Source: Candidatus Latescibacterota bacterium (lineage in GTDB: Bacteria; Latescibacterota; UBA2968; UBA8231). Taken from it: 64,000 nt of DNA. Shown piece after piece: positions 9,635 through 19,750 of this stretch. Both the position numbers and the translations under genes were made by a program. Numbering within the stretch: position 1 is the first letter of the stretch; each line of letters begins with the position of its first letter. The stretch is taken from the NCBI GenBank assembly GCA_965242865.1, contig CBDETK010000013.1, positions 2,784,001 through 2,848,000 on the forward strand. The letters are read 5' to 3'. The notes beneath the pieces are model-generated. The model did no database searches, had not been told where the DNA came from, and saw nothing but the letters and a program-made list of their open reading frames with translations.

Positions 9635-10273
9635 TTACCTCCTGTTGGGTTGCGGCGTGACGCGCAGGTAGGGCTTAACCGCGGTGAAGCCCTGGGGAAA
9701 TTTCTCGGCGGCTTCCTCGTCCGAGAGGGCCGGGACCACGATGCAGTCGTCGCCGTCTTGCCAGTTGGCCGGGGTGGCGACCGAGTAATTAGCCGTCAGT
9801 TGCAGCGAGTCGATCACGCGCAAAATTTCGTCGAAATTGCGGCCGGTCGAGGCTGGGTAGGTCAGCGTCAGCTTGACCTTTTTATCGGGACCGATGACGA
9901 AAACCGAGCGCACGGTCATGTTGTCGAGCGCGTTGGGGTGAATCATATCGTAGAGCTGGGCGACCTTGCGCTCGGGATCGGCGATCAGGGGGAAGCCTAC
10001 CGCGGCGTTTTGGGTCTCGTTGATGTCGGCGATCCAGCCCTCGTGGTCGTCAACCGAGTTGACGCTCAAGGCGATGATTTTGACGCCGCGCTTTTTGAAC
10101 TGCTCTTCAATGTTGGCCACTGCCCCTAACTCTGTGGTGCAGACCGGCGTGAAGTCGGCGGGGTGGGAAAAGAGCACGCCCCAAGAATCCCCGAGCCATT
10201 CGTGAAAGTTGATGGGACCCGCGGTGGTTGCCGCGCTAAAATCCGGGGCTTCGTCGCCCAGTTGGATAGCCAT
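9635..10273 (-). CDS. 1-Cys peroxiredoxin (Prx6)
   Basis: FSHPADFTPVCTTELG, YPASTGRNFDEILR, ATPANW. Confidence 0.95.
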   Translation of the reverse strand: MAIQLGDEAPDFSAATTAGPINFHEWLGDSWGVLFSHPADFTPVCTTELGAVANIEEQFKKRGVKIIALSVNSVDDHEGWIADINETQNAAVGFPLIADPERKVAQLYDMIHPNALDNMTVRSVFVIGPDKKVKLTLTYPASTGRNFDEILRVIDSLQLTANYSVATPANWQDGDDCIVVPALSDEEAAEKFPQGFTAVKPYLRVTPQPNRR

Positions 10274-10347
10274 GACGGTTCTCCTTAGTTCCTACTGTGA
10301 GAGGGTTTGTACGCGAAGTATTGAATTTAATAGTTGCGTGGCCCTCG

Positions 10348-11175
10348 TCAATTGGCCGCCAAAAGCCGCTTGAGATAGCGGGCGCTCTCGCAGACAGCGG
10401 CTTCAGTGCCCAGGGCGGCCGAAGCCTGATGGACCGTTACGTAGCCCTCGTACCCGACCGCGTACAGCGCGTCGATTAGCGGCGGAAAGCGAATGCCCCC
10501 TTCTTCCCACAAGGGAATTTGGCGGAACCGCACCTCGCCGCGGCACCAGGTGGCGAGGGCGTCTGGCCCATCGGCGGTCAAGACCTGATTTTGCAGATAC
10601 ACATTGAACAGGTGCGGCGCGAGGCGGCCGATGGCAGCGAGCGCGTAAGGCTGGCCGCATAGCTCTAGGTTGGCTGGTTCGTAGATCAGGCCAAAATTGG
10701 GGCGGCCAATGCGCGCCAAGGCTTGCAGCGAGCGGTCGATTTCCTCGAACAGACTGCGGGTGTGGCACTGGTGGGCTAGGCGCGTGTCGCGCTCGGCGGC
10801 TTCGTCGGCCGCCCGACGGGCCCAAGCGATATCATCGTCTTTTTTTAAGCAGACGCGCAGCAGGGGAGCGCCGAGCTGTTCGGCCAGATCGAGATAGGGC
10901 GTTATATTGCGGAGGGCGTCCGGCCCTTGGTCGGAGTTTTCGGGGATGGGGAAGTCGCCGGTGAGCATGGAGACAGCCAGCGAGTAGCGGCCGAGCAGGG
11001 CGCGGGCCGCAGCAACCGTGGCTGGCGGGCTGTGCGTACCCACCTGCGAGGCGCGCATACACAGGGCTTCGTACCCGTGCTCAACGGCGAGGATGGCCAA
11101 TTGTTCGAGCGTCATATTGGCTTCGCGCTTGGCGTGGAATTTTTCGGCGACGCGGACCGATAGCGAGAGTTGCAT
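10348..11175 (-). CDS. Sugar phosphate isomerase/epimerase (AP-endonuclease-2 TIM barrel)
   Basis: FGLIYEPANL, GYEGYVTV, size about 275 aa. Confidence 0.75.
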   Translation of the reverse strand: MQLSLSVRVAEKFHAKREANMTLEQLAILAVEHGYEALCMRASQVGTHSPPATVAAARALLGRYSLAVSMLTGDFPIPENSDQGPDALRNITPYLDLAEQLGAPLLRVCLKKDDDIAWARRAADEAAERDTRLAHQCHTRSLFEEIDRSLQALARIGRPNFGLIYEPANLELCGQPYALAAIGRLAPHLFNVYLQNQVLTADGPDALATWCRGEVRFRQIPLWEEGGIRFPPLIDALYAVGYEGYVTVHQASAALGTEAAVCESARYLKRLLAAN

Positions 11176-11254
11176 GGGGCCTCGAGGTTGCGGGGGTTGG
11201 CGGCCTGCTTTAGGGAACTACACGTAATTTGCACAAAGAAAGGATGCAAAACCA

Positions 11255-12115
11255 ATGAGAGCGATTCGCGCAACGTGGATTGCAGTCGTCGCCGGCTGGC
11301 TGGCGGTTCCAGCCCAAGCTTGGTGGGGAGATGGACACGGGATTCTGACTGCGGGGGCGGTGCTGACCCTGCCGGAGGAGATGCCCGCTTTCTTTCGCCA
11401 AGGTGGCACCATGGCCAGCCACGTGGTCTTCGATCCAGATCTGTTTAAGAATCGCCGCACCCCCTTGCTCAGCCACGCCGAGCACGGAGAACACTATTTC
11501 GATCTAGAGTACCTCGAAGGGCGAGCGATTCCAACCAAGCGTTTTGACTTTATCGCCTTGTGCTTTGAGCTACAACTCGATCCGCCCCGGGTCGGGATGG
11601 CCCCCTACGCCATCGCCGAGTGGACGGAGCGGCTCGCCGTGGCCTTTGCCGAGCATCGCCAGTGGCCGGAGAACGAGGCGATTCAGCAGAAATGCCTCGT
11701 CTATGCGGGCATTCTCGCCCACTATGCCGAAGACGTTTGCCAGCCCCTGCACACGACCCGGGACTTCGACGGCAAGGAGCAGGCGGACGGCACGGTTATA
11801 GGCAAAGGGATCCACGAACAAGTGGATTCAGCGGTGGAGCGGCTCGGGTTTGCGCCCGAGGATTTGGCGGCTGAGCAGGACATTGTAGCCTTTGATTCGA
11901 CGATGAGGGCCATCGTCGCCCAGATCAAAGAAAGCAATTGGCGGGTGGGAGAGGTGTACGAGCTGCTGGGCCACTGGGAGGACGACAGCGACGCCCGCGT
12001 CCGCGCCTTGACCCTGGCGTTGGGCCGCACGGCCGTGCGCTTTACGGCCTCGCTCTACCTAACGGCTTGGCGCCAGTCTGCTGAAATTCGCTTGCCGCGG
12101 TGGTTGCAGCGCTGA
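11255..12115 (+). CDS. Secreted S1/P1 nuclease or Zn-phospholipase C-like protein
   Basis: Signal peptide AQA|WWGDGH, HYFDLE, HYAEDVCQPLHT, GIHE zinc-ligand pattern. Confidence 0.75.
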   Translation: MRAIRATWIAVVAGWLAVPAQAWWGDGHGILTAGAVLTLPEEMPAFFRQGGTMASHVVFDPDLFKNRRTPLLSHAEHGEHYFDLEYLEGRAIPTKRFDFIALCFELQLDPPRVGMAPYAIAEWTERLAVAFAEHRQWPENEAIQQKCLVYAGILAHYAEDVCQPLHTTRDFDGKEQADGTVIGKGIHEQVDSAVERLGFAPEDLAAEQDIVAFDSTMRAIVAQIKESNWRVGEVYELLGHWEDDSDARVRALTLALGRTAVRFTASLYLTAWRQSAEIRLPRWLQR

Positions 12116-12118
12116 GGG

Positions 12119-12919
12119 TCAGTCGTTTATGCCCGAAGTTCGGACGGCTGGGCGGACTTGGCCCCCGTGTTCGGCGAGCCAAGCGCGGAAAAATTGCAAC
12201 ACGGCTTCGCCGTCGCCCTGCTGGCGTTGCTTCCGCTGAATGAGCCACAGCTCGATCTCGACGCTGCGCAGGTCCGGGTTTAGCCCTCGGGCTTGGGGGC
12301 TGCCGCGGAAGCGCGCAAAATTCGGCTGCGCCTTGTAAAACGAGATCGCGTCGCTGTTCTGGAGGAGATCGGAGACGATGATGAGACGGCGCGGCACCTG
12401 GCGCCGTTTGGTGCTCTGGAAATGCTTTATGGCAAGCGACTGCACCGACTCCATGATCGGCGACGATTTCGCCTCTTTATTCGTGAGCAGCTTTCGAAGC
12501 TCCTCTTCTAAAGGGGCGCGAAATTTCTGCTGCCAGTTGCGCCGCATGATCGCCTCGGATTGCGTGAGGTGATCGACGTTGTCCGGGTCGCCGGGACTAC
12601 AGACCTTGATGATCGGGTCGAGGCTGCCGCCATGCGTGGGGTCCACCGCAAAAAGGCTGAGCTCGTGATTTTCCTCGATTTCGTCGAGCAAGTTCCAGAT
12701 CCGATGCTCCAGATCGGACTTGGTGGTGGGCAAGAACGAATCCGTGCGGTCGAGCAGAATTGCCGTAATCGCCGAAGGCCCCTCCGACCGGCAAAGGGTC
12801 TTGGGGTCGCGCTCGACCGCCGAGGGCTTTAGCCACACGGAAACGAGCAAGATAACGACGACCCCCGCGATCATTGAGCCGCCTACGATCTTTTTTGTCG
12901 CTAGCTTGCTTTTACCCAT
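12119..12919 (-). CDS. Membrane-anchored hypothetical protein, vWA-like
   Basis: N-terminal TM helix; ILLDRTDS (MIDAS-like DxTxS), SPI, LIIVSDLLQNS. Confidence 0.65.
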   Translation of the reverse strand: MGKSKLATKKIVGGSMIAGVVVILLVSVWLKPSAVERDPKTLCRSEGPSAITAILLDRTDSFLPTTKSDLEHRIWNLLDEIEENHELSLFAVDPTHGGSLDPIIKVCSPGDPDNVDHLTQSEAIMRRNWQQKFRAPLEEELRKLLTNKEAKSSPIMESVQSLAIKHFQSTKRRQVPRRLIIVSDLLQNSDAISFYKAQPNFARFRGSPQARGLNPDLRSVEIELWLIQRKQRQQGDGEAVLQFFRAWLAEHGGQVRPAVRTSGIND

Positions 12920-14328
12920 CAACTTTCGTCCTGATCGTCCCTCGCGCTATCCGGCTGCCGCCGATGCGGGGCCAACGGCCTCAATTCCTCGCTGCCCATA
13001 TCGTACTGATTGTGCAGTTCCTTCACGCCGTTATCAATTCTTATCTCCGCGGCGCTGGTAATTTTCAAGATCTCCTCGCGCGTCAGCATGGCCTTGGGCA
13101 AACTGGTGTCGATGGGGGTTCTCATTATTTGCCAAGACTTCTTAAAGCGCTCGGGGGCTTCTCCGTCTCGCATCGCCCGGTTGGTATCGCGGTAGAGCTT
13201 GAGCAAGTGGTTGCCCGTGTGCTCAAGGTGCTCTAAGTGGTCGGCGAACGATTTGATGAGGCGGCGATGGTCGTCGATGATGGAGTCGTGTTGGCGCCCG
13301 GCGAGCAAGATGTTTTGCTTGATGTCCTCCAACGCCTGCACCGCCTCATTCGACGTTTTCTTCAATCCCTTTAGGTTGTCCTGATAGAGCGCGTTGTATG
13401 CGTCGTCCGCCTCCGCGAATACGCGCGCGCACTTTGCGTACCCCGGATAGCGGTCATCCCACAGGATTCCATCGATAAAGCTAATGATCGCAAAGAGGAA
13501 TCCCATAAAGAACAAGATCCACGATTGGAAGTCCTCTAGGTTCAATGGGTTCTCGCCGAAAGCGGCGATGGCGAGCTTCCCCCCTTGGTCGAGCACCGTG
13601 CCCGTTGTTTCTCGATAGTGCGCCACCATCAGGTTGAAAAACAACGCAAAGCCGATGAACACCCCGGCGCCGAGAATGCCCACGGACTTTCGGCCCCAGT
13701 GGAGGTGATTGAAATTGGTGACGAGGACGCCGAGCAAAAAGGCAATACCTAAATTGACAAACGAGATGACAACCGCCTCCGTGTACGCGCCGAACAGCCC
13801 AAACTCATTGCCCTTTGCCAGAAAGGAGGCATTGCCAAACGTCTCAATGAGAAAGAGCACGGCGATGATGCCTATGTTAAATATCTTATCGTCCCAACTG
13901 CGGGGCTGGGGCTCGCGGCTGAGGCCATTTTGCTCCTTAAATTGCTGCAAGTCTTCTTTTTTGCGGCGCAGGTCCTGTTGCTCGCGGCTCAACTCCACGA
14001 TGGCCTTATCGACGTGCTGATCGAACTCCGCACGTTGCTTGGCCGTTTCGAGCTCAATGGAGCTTAATTGCTCGCGGAAATCGAGCGCGACGAGACGCTC
14101 TCGGTATGCCTTTAGCGTACTCTCGCACACCTTTTGCGCCTGTGCTTGCGCGCTTTCAATTAGCCCGATGACCTTGCGTTCTGTGGGGTCGAGATCGTCC
14201 TCTGCACTGTCTAATGCGGGCCGCCCCCGCCGCGCGTTCCTCTGGCTATCCTCTACGATATGCAGATCTTCGGCGACCTTGTTGGTGTCAATTTTCTCAA
14301 ACGGGTCGGTGTGAAGTTCGTCCGTCAT
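12919..14328 (-). CDS. Hypothetical 4-TM membrane protein with flanking coiled coils
   Basis: Four hydrophobic segments between long heptad-rich regions; TGATG coupling to the downstream gene. Confidence 0.7.
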   Translation of the reverse strand: MTDELHTDPFEKIDTNKVAEDLHIVEDSQRNARRGRPALDSAEDDLDPTERKVIGLIESAQAQAQKVCESTLKAYRERLVALDFREQLSSIELETAKQRAEFDQHVDKAIVELSREQQDLRRKKEDLQQFKEQNGLSREPQPRSWDDKIFNIGIIAVLFLIETFGNASFLAKGNEFGLFGAYTEAVVISFVNLGIAFLLGVLVTNFNHLHWGRKSVGILGAGVFIGFALFFNLMVAHYRETTGTVLDQGGKLAIAAFGENPLNLEDFQSWILFFMGFLFAIISFIDGILWDDRYPGYAKCARVFAEADDAYNALYQDNLKGLKKTSNEAVQALEDIKQNILLAGRQHDSIIDDHRRLIKSFADHLEHLEHTGNHLLKLYRDTNRAMRDGEAPERFKKSWQIMRTPIDTSLPKAMLTREEILKITSAAEIRIDNGVKELHNQYDMGSEELRPLAPHRRQPDSARDDQDES

Positions 14329-14444
14329 CGCACACTGCTCCTCACTTACAGCGTCTTTTGGGAGGAAAGGCTGGGGATCGAGGGGATGTATTAAAGATAG
14401 GCATAACTGCGATTTTCGCATCCCTATTCTTTAATGCTCAACCC

Positions 14445-15578
14445 TCAAAGCACCACCCTAAACCCCTCTCGATCCTCCAGGCCCTGCGCGAAGATGCGCG
14501 GGTCGATGTCGAGGCCCGCGCCGAGCGTGTCGGGCACGTGCAGGACGGAAGCGGCGAGCCGCCAGCCATCCGCGATCAGCCCGGGCATGGTAGCCGGCGC
14601 GGCTTCAAGCAGGCAGAAGTTGGGGATGGAAGCGGCGAAATGGGCGTGGTGAAAGCGCTCGATGTAAGACCCCCAGCAGTGAGGAGCGCAGAGCGCGTTC
14701 CACTGCTCCAGACGCGCCGCAGTGCTCCGCCACCACGTCAGGCCCATGGCGCGAAAATCGTGCTGCACCACATCGATAAACCCCTTTTCTACCAAGTCAA
14801 AAAAGTACGGCGGTGGTGCAAACTCCCCGTCGGCAACGAGCGTGTCCCAGTCGTTTGCGACGATGTGCTCCTTCAGGGCTTGGTTGAGCGGGGCGTCTTC
14901 GGCAAAAGGCTCCTCAAACCAGTAGATGCCCACGTCCGCGCAAGCGTCCAACAGGGCCAAGGCCGTGTTGAGCGTATTGCCCATGTTGGCGTCGATGAGC
15001 ACCTTGGCCTGCGGCCCGGCGGCTTCGCGCACTGTGCGGATGACCAACTCGTCGCGTTGGAGACCCTCGTCCGGGGGCATCCAGCGCGCGCCGCGCCCGA
15101 CCTTGATCTTGAAGTGCAAATAGCCGTGCTCGTGGCCGGTGGCGACTTCGCCGCGGAAGATGTCCTTGACTTGGTCCTCATCGGTGGCTGCCAAATCGTC
15201 GATGTAAATCGAGCCATCGTACACTTCGACCGCGCGTTTGCCGCGAGCGCCGAGCAGGCGGTACAGCGGCAACTCCATCATCCGCGCCACCAAATCCCAG
15301 AGCGGCAGGTCGAGGGCGCGGCCCGCGGGCCGGCAGCCGTCGGGGAGTTGGAAGAGATCGCCGATTTCCTTGCCGAGGAGTGCCCGCGCCTCGGCCTCGC
15401 CAATGCGGGACCAACCCAAGCCCCAAGCCCCGCCATCCGTGCGGACCCGGACCACGGGATCCGCGATTTGCTCGCCGTGCGCGGGAATGCGGGCGTTGAA
15501 GCCGATGTAGCGCGGCCGGGTGCCGCGCAGAACGCATTTTTCAATACAAGTAATTTTCCCCTTGGGGACTTCGTGCAT
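14445..15578 (-). CDS. Mandelate racemase/enolase superfamily protein
   Basis: LDLPLWDL.AR....PLYRLLG, FKIKVG, LIDAN, WFEEP, ADGE, PHCWG. Confidence 0.88.
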   Translation of the reverse strand: MHEVPKGKITCIEKCVLRGTRPRYIGFNARIPAHGEQIADPVVRVRTDGGAWGLGWSRIGEAEARALLGKEIGDLFQLPDGCRPAGRALDLPLWDLVARMMELPLYRLLGARGKRAVEVYDGSIYIDDLAATDEDQVKDIFRGEVATGHEHGYLHFKIKVGRGARWMPPDEGLQRDELVIRTVREAAGPQAKVLIDANMGNTLNTALALLDACADVGIYWFEEPFAEDAPLNQALKEHIVANDWDTLVADGEFAPPPYFFDLVEKGFIDVVQHDFRAMGLTWWRSTAARLEQWNALCAPHCWGSYIERFHHAHFAASIPNFCLLEAAPATMPGLIADGWRLAASVLHVPDTLGAGLDIDPRIFAQGLEDREGFRVVL

Positions 15579-15753
15579 GGCCAAGCTCCTCATCAAGGCG
15601 GGGGCAAGACGCCCTCGCCGTTCCACAATCGGATCACCGGGAGGCTCAATAATACAAGGGCGTCGTTGGGTGTCAAACGGCGTCCCGGACTTGCGGATTG
15701 CCGCGGACCGCAAGAAGTTATCCGCACAAAAGCGAGCAGGAGACCGAGCAATC

Positions 15754-16284
15754 ATGTCGAGCAAGGGTGAACGACCCGATTGGAACGAGTATTACATGCG
15801 CATCGCCATGGCGGTCCGGGTGCGCGCCAACTGCACGGGCAACCGCATTGGAGCCATCTTGGTGCAGAACGACCGGATCATTTCGACCGGCTACAACGGC
15901 ACTCCGCACAACATGGTCAACTGCCTCGACGGCGGGTGCGACCGCTGTGCTCGCCGCGACCTGTACCCTTCGGGCAAGGACTACGATTTGTGCATCTGCG
16001 TCCACGCCGAGCAAAACGCCCTGCTGTCGGCGGCCCGGTTTGGCATCGCGACCGAAGGAGCGGTGATGTACTCGACGATGCGCCCTTGCTTTGGCTGCGC
16101 CAAAGAAATCCTCCAAGCCAAAATTCACGCGGTGTATTATCTACACGATTGGATTTATCCCGACGCCGAGCGGCAGGCCAGCTACGCTGAGCTATTGTCG
16201 TTTATTCCCGGGGGCGTGTGGCCCGTGGCGATGGACGACTCGGACGCGACTTGGGCCGTCTCCAACTTGCGCCAAGACGGGTGA
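15754..16284 (+). CDS. dCMP deaminase family protein
   Basis: RPDWNEYYM, TGYNGTP, CVHAEQNA, PCFGC. Confidence 0.9.
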   Translation: MSSKGERPDWNEYYMRIAMAVRVRANCTGNRIGAILVQNDRIISTGYNGTPHNMVNCLDGGCDRCARRDLYPSGKDYDLCICVHAEQNALLSAARFGIATEGAVMYSTMRPCFGCAKEILQAKIHAVYYLHDWIYPDAERQASYAELLSFIPGGVWPVAMDDSDATWAVSNLRQDG

Positions 16285-16360
16285 GGATGCGGCTCGTCAA
16301 TCCGTTAATCCGCTGGCCGCGGCCATACCCCGATAATTGCTTGAAACCAGCAATCCAAAT

Positions 16361-16825
16361 ATGAAAGCACGTATCTACAGCGACACCTCCGTGATTGGAG
16401 GGTGCGAGGACGATGAGTGGCGCGAGCATTCCATTCGATTGATGGCGTGCTTTGTCAAGGGGGACTATGTGCTGGTGCTCTCTGATCTCACCATTCAAGA
16501 ACTTGCAGCAGCCCCGAATGAAGTGCATGCTCACCTTGCTACGGTGCCGGAGGAACACATCGAGGTTCTTCGTCTCGGCACGGAGTCACAGGAACTCGCA
16601 GACGCCTATATATCCGAAGGGATCATCAGCAGGCGTATGCGGGCAGACGCTCAACACATCGCCATGGCCACTGTTGCCCGCGTGAACGTGCTTGTGAGTT
16701 GGAACTTCCAACACATCGTGAATCTGCATCGGATCCATGGCTACAATTCCGTGAATCTCCGTCGTGGCTACTTGACCCTCGAAATTCGCTCTCCGCGAGA
16801 GGTTTTAAGAGATATATATGACTGA
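16361..16825 (+). CDS. PIN-domain protein (putative TA toxin)
   Basis: IYSDTSVIGG, DAQHIAMATV..V.VLVSWNF.HIVN, IRSPREV. Confidence 0.85.
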   Translation: MKARIYSDTSVIGGCEDDEWREHSIRLMACFVKGDYVLVLSDLTIQELAAAPNEVHAHLATVPEEHIEVLRLGTESQELADAYISEGIISRRMRADAQHIAMATVARVNVLVSWNFQHIVNLHRIHGYNSVNLRRGYLTLEIRSPREVLRDIYD

Positions 16826-17030
16826 TAAAAAGAAAAAATTCGATTCCGTTGAGATGATGCGCTCGATTCGGGCCAAACTTTCGGTTCAGATCGAAGGGAT
16901 GACACGCGAAGAGGAACTCAATTGGCTCGCATCGCAGGAACTCAAAGATCCATTCTTGGAGCGTCTCCGCAGGAAGGCGGCCCAACAAAGTACGGCGGCG
17001 GGCCAAACTCTCCGCGGCGCAGGCGCGTGA
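16818..17030 (+). CDS. Small hypothetical protein, putative antitoxin
   Basis: KKFDSVEMMRSIR..LS...GMT.EE; overlaps the PIN gene stop. Confidence 0.65.
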   Translation: MTDKKKKFDSVEMMRSIRAKLSVQIEGMTREEELNWLASQELKDPFLERLRRKAAQQSTAAGQTLRGAGA

Positions 17031-17054
17031 GGCCGCGGCCATACCCCGATAATC

Positions 17055-18116
17055 ATGCCCACCTTTTCCATTGAACACTTGCGCCAAGTCGGCGCAGCCA
17101 TCTTCGCGGCAGCCGGTGCGCCCCCCGCAGCGGCCGAGGTCGTCGCCGAGCTGCTGGCCGATGCCAATGCCGTGGGGCACGACTCGCACGGCGTCATCCG
17201 AATCCCCCAATACATAAGCACCATTGAAAAGGGCGAGATCGTTCCCCACGCCGAGGTTGAAGTGGTGCGCCAGACGGCCGCGGCGGCCGTGCTCGACGGG
17301 CACTGGGGGTTTGGCCAAGTCGTGATGAACCAAGCGGTGGAGATGGGTTTGGAACGCGCCAGCCACTGCGGGGTCGCGGCCATAACCGTCAAAAACTCCA
17401 ACCACATCGGGCGGCTCGGCAGCTATGTGGAGCGCGTCGCCACGGCGAACATGATCGGCCTGCTCTGCGCCAACTCGCACGGCGGCGGGGCCAGCGTGGC
17501 TCCTTGGGGCGGCATCGCCGGGCGCTTGGGCACCAACCCGCTGGCCGGCGGCTGGCCAGACGGAGAGGGCGGAGCGCTCGTGCTGGACATCACGACCAGC
17601 GTGGTGGCCGAGGGCAAGGTGCGAGTCAAGCGCAATCGCGGCGAGCCGGTCCCCGAGGGATGGATCATCGACGCGGCCGGCCAGCCATCGACCGATCCCG
17701 CGGATTTTTACGACGAGCCGCGTGGCAGCCTCTTGCCCTTTGGCGGCGTCATGGGCCACAGGGGCTACGGGCTCGGAGTCGTGGTGGAGTTGTTGGGCGG
17801 GGCGCTGAGTGGGGCGGGTTGTGCGCGGGGCCGGAAGGCGCGGATCGGCAACGGCTGCTTTTTGCTGGTCATCGACATTGGGCACTTTCAGCCGCTAGCC
17901 GAGTACGCGGCCCAAGTGCGGGCGTTCGCGGCCTATCTGCGGGCCTCGCCCAAGGCCGCTGGCGTGGCCGCCATCCTGCTGCCCGGAGAGTTGGAAAAGC
18001 GCGCACGGCAGCAGCGGCAGGCCGGGGTGGTCGTCGAGGAAGAGACTTGGCGGCAAATCCTAGATTGCGCCCAGCGAGTGGGTGCTACCCTACCGAGTAT
18101 CAAGGAGCTTACCTAA
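17055..18116 (+). CDS. Ldh_2 family oxidoreductase (malate/lactate/ureidoglycolate dehydrogenase)
   Basis: GHDSHGV, DGHWGFGQ, NHIGRLG, GTNPL, LLPFGG..GHRGYGL, LPGE. Confidence 0.9.
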   Translation: MPTFSIEHLRQVGAAIFAAAGAPPAAAEVVAELLADANAVGHDSHGVIRIPQYISTIEKGEIVPHAEVEVVRQTAAAAVLDGHWGFGQVVMNQAVEMGLERASHCGVAAITVKNSNHIGRLGSYVERVATANMIGLLCANSHGGGASVAPWGGIAGRLGTNPLAGGWPDGEGGALVLDITTSVVAEGKVRVKRNRGEPVPEGWIIDAAGQPSTDPADFYDEPRGSLLPFGGVMGHRGYGLGVVVELLGGALSGAGCARGRKARIGNGCFLLVIDIGHFQPLAEYAAQVRAFAAYLRASPKAAGVAAILLPGELEKRARQQRQAGVVVEEETWRQILDCAQRVGATLPSIKELT

Positions 18117-18145
18117 GTACACGACACTAGCGGCCCGCCTTCCAA

Positions 18146-18172
18146 GGATCGAGGGCGGGACACCCTCGATCC
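18146..18172. repeat. REP-like hairpin
   Basis: GGATCGAGGG-CGGGACA-CCCTCGATCC, a perfect 10-bp stem. Confidence 0.55.
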
Positions 18173-18357
18173 CAGGCGCATCGGGAACGACAGCAATTGT
18201 TAAAGCCTGACATCCGCCAGCGAACTCAAGCTACTCAACCGCAACGCCGATCCGACTTCAGCCTTTCATCTTGCTCGCCGTGCCCCCTTCCCCTAAACTG
18301 TCATTCGACAATTGGACGCGCCCTTAACCGACAATCAGCCGCTAATCCAACCGACAA

Positions 18358-19605
18358 ATGGACGCTGACCGATCCCTGTTTCCCCGCTCGCTGGCCCCCG
18401 TCCTCCGCGAGGCTTTGGCCGATACGCCGGTGGTCTGTCTGCTCGGACCGCGGCAAAGTGGGAAAACTACGCTCGTTCAGCAACTCGCGCCGGACCGTGC
18501 ATTCGTCAGCTTGGACGAGCACAATTACTACCAGACCGCCGGTGCCGACCCAGACGGGTTCGTCGCCAGTCTGCCGGAGGCGGTGACCGTGGACGAAGTG
18601 CAACGGGTGCCGGTGCTGCTCTCGGCTATCAAGTGCGCTGTGGATCGGGACCGCCGGCCCGGGCGTTTCCTGCTGACCGGCTCGGCCAATCTACTGCTGG
18701 TGCCGACCGTTACCGAATCGTTGGCGGGACGGATGGAAATGGCGCAGTTGTACCCATTGACCGAATCAGAAAAAGCGCGTCAGCCCGGGTGCTTCCTCCG
18801 CGACTTGTTGAGCGGTGCGCTCAAACCGGGTATCCGGCCCGAAGCGGAGCCTGCTGGTCTATCGCTGGCCGAGCGATTGGTAGCTGGCGGCTATCCCGAG
18901 CCGTTGACCCGGACGTCCAGCCGCGCCCGGCAATGGCACCGGCAGTATCTCCGCAGCATCGTCGAGCGGGATGTGCAAGATGTGGCGCGGGTGAGGGATG
19001 CGCACGAATTGGCTCGCTTGCTCGAACTGCTGGCCCAGCGCAACGCCGCACTATTGAACACCTGCAATCTGGCCAACAGCCTCGGCCTGCACCGGGCGAC
19101 CGTAGAACACTACATCGCTGTACTCGAGCGGCTCTTTCTGGTGCGACGCTTGCCCGCGTGGCACCGCAATCCGGCCAAGCGACTCGTCAAAACACCGAAG
19201 ATCCATCTACTCGATAGCGGGCTGGCGGCGACCCTCGCCGATCTGACTGCGGCCGATTGGCTCGACCATCGGGACCGCATGGGGCATCTACTGGAGTCTT
19301 TTGTGGTGCAGCAACTCATGGCCCAAGCCACGTGGACAGAGCCGGATTTGCGTTTCTGGCACTATCGCGACAAGGATCGGGTGGAGGTCGATGTAGTGCT
19401 TACTCGGGGTCGGAAGACTTGGGGTATTGAGGTCAAAGCCGCCGGGGCACTCGCCGCCAAAGATGGGCGAGGGCTTGTGCGGCTGGCCGATCGCTGTGGC
19501 CGAGATTTCGAGTCCGGGGTGCTGCTCTACGCCGGCCGTGACCGACTCCCGTTGGCCGACGAGCGCATACTCGCCGTGCCGCTGAGCGAGTTGTGGGAGC
19601 GGTAG
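18358..19605 (+). CDS. AAA_14 ATPase with C-terminal DUF4143 domain
   Basis: GPRQSGKTT, VDEVQ, LTGS, GGYP, KTPKIHLLDSGL, EVD...GIEVK. Confidence 0.88.
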   Translation: MDADRSLFPRSLAPVLREALADTPVVCLLGPRQSGKTTLVQQLAPDRAFVSLDEHNYYQTAGADPDGFVASLPEAVTVDEVQRVPVLLSAIKCAVDRDRRPGRFLLTGSANLLLVPTVTESLAGRMEMAQLYPLTESEKARQPGCFLRDLLSGALKPGIRPEAEPAGLSLAERLVAGGYPEPLTRTSSRARQWHRQYLRSIVERDVQDVARVRDAHELARLLELLAQRNAALLNTCNLANSLGLHRATVEHYIAVLERLFLVRRLPAWHRNPAKRLVKTPKIHLLDSGLAATLADLTAADWLDHRDRMGHLLESFVVQQLMAQATWTEPDLRFWHYRDKDRVEVDVVLTRGRKTWGIEVKAAGALAAKDGRGLVRLADRCGRDFESGVLLYAGRDRLPLADERILAVPLSELWER

Positions 19606-19750
19606 GGCACGAACCGGCGGGTCTTTGTACATTCTATGAGGCAGGCGATCGGCGCGTGGCCGCCCGCTGCCTAGACTGCACGGCACTGCGGAGATTGAGA
19701 ACCGACAAAAGAGATGGGAACGCTCAGGTGCTAGAGAGAGGTATCACTCC

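Larger units (their letters stand above)
16315..17053 (+). repeat. 23-bp perfect direct repeats flanking a PIN cassette
   Basis: GGCCGCGGCCATACCCCGATAAT at 16315-16337 and 17031-17053. Confidence 0.9.

Noticed and set aside
14214-15770. 518-aa + strand ORF and similar long antisense ORFs (16626-17885, 51030-52142, 41484-42368, 33910-34689)
   Set aside because: Shadow frames of well-supported genes in GC-rich DNA, with no motifs.
15754-16284. dCMP deaminase as an anti-phage dCTP deaminase
   Set aside because: Short single-domain housekeeping type with no kinase/P-loop fusion; it lies outside the direct-repeat-bounded cassette.
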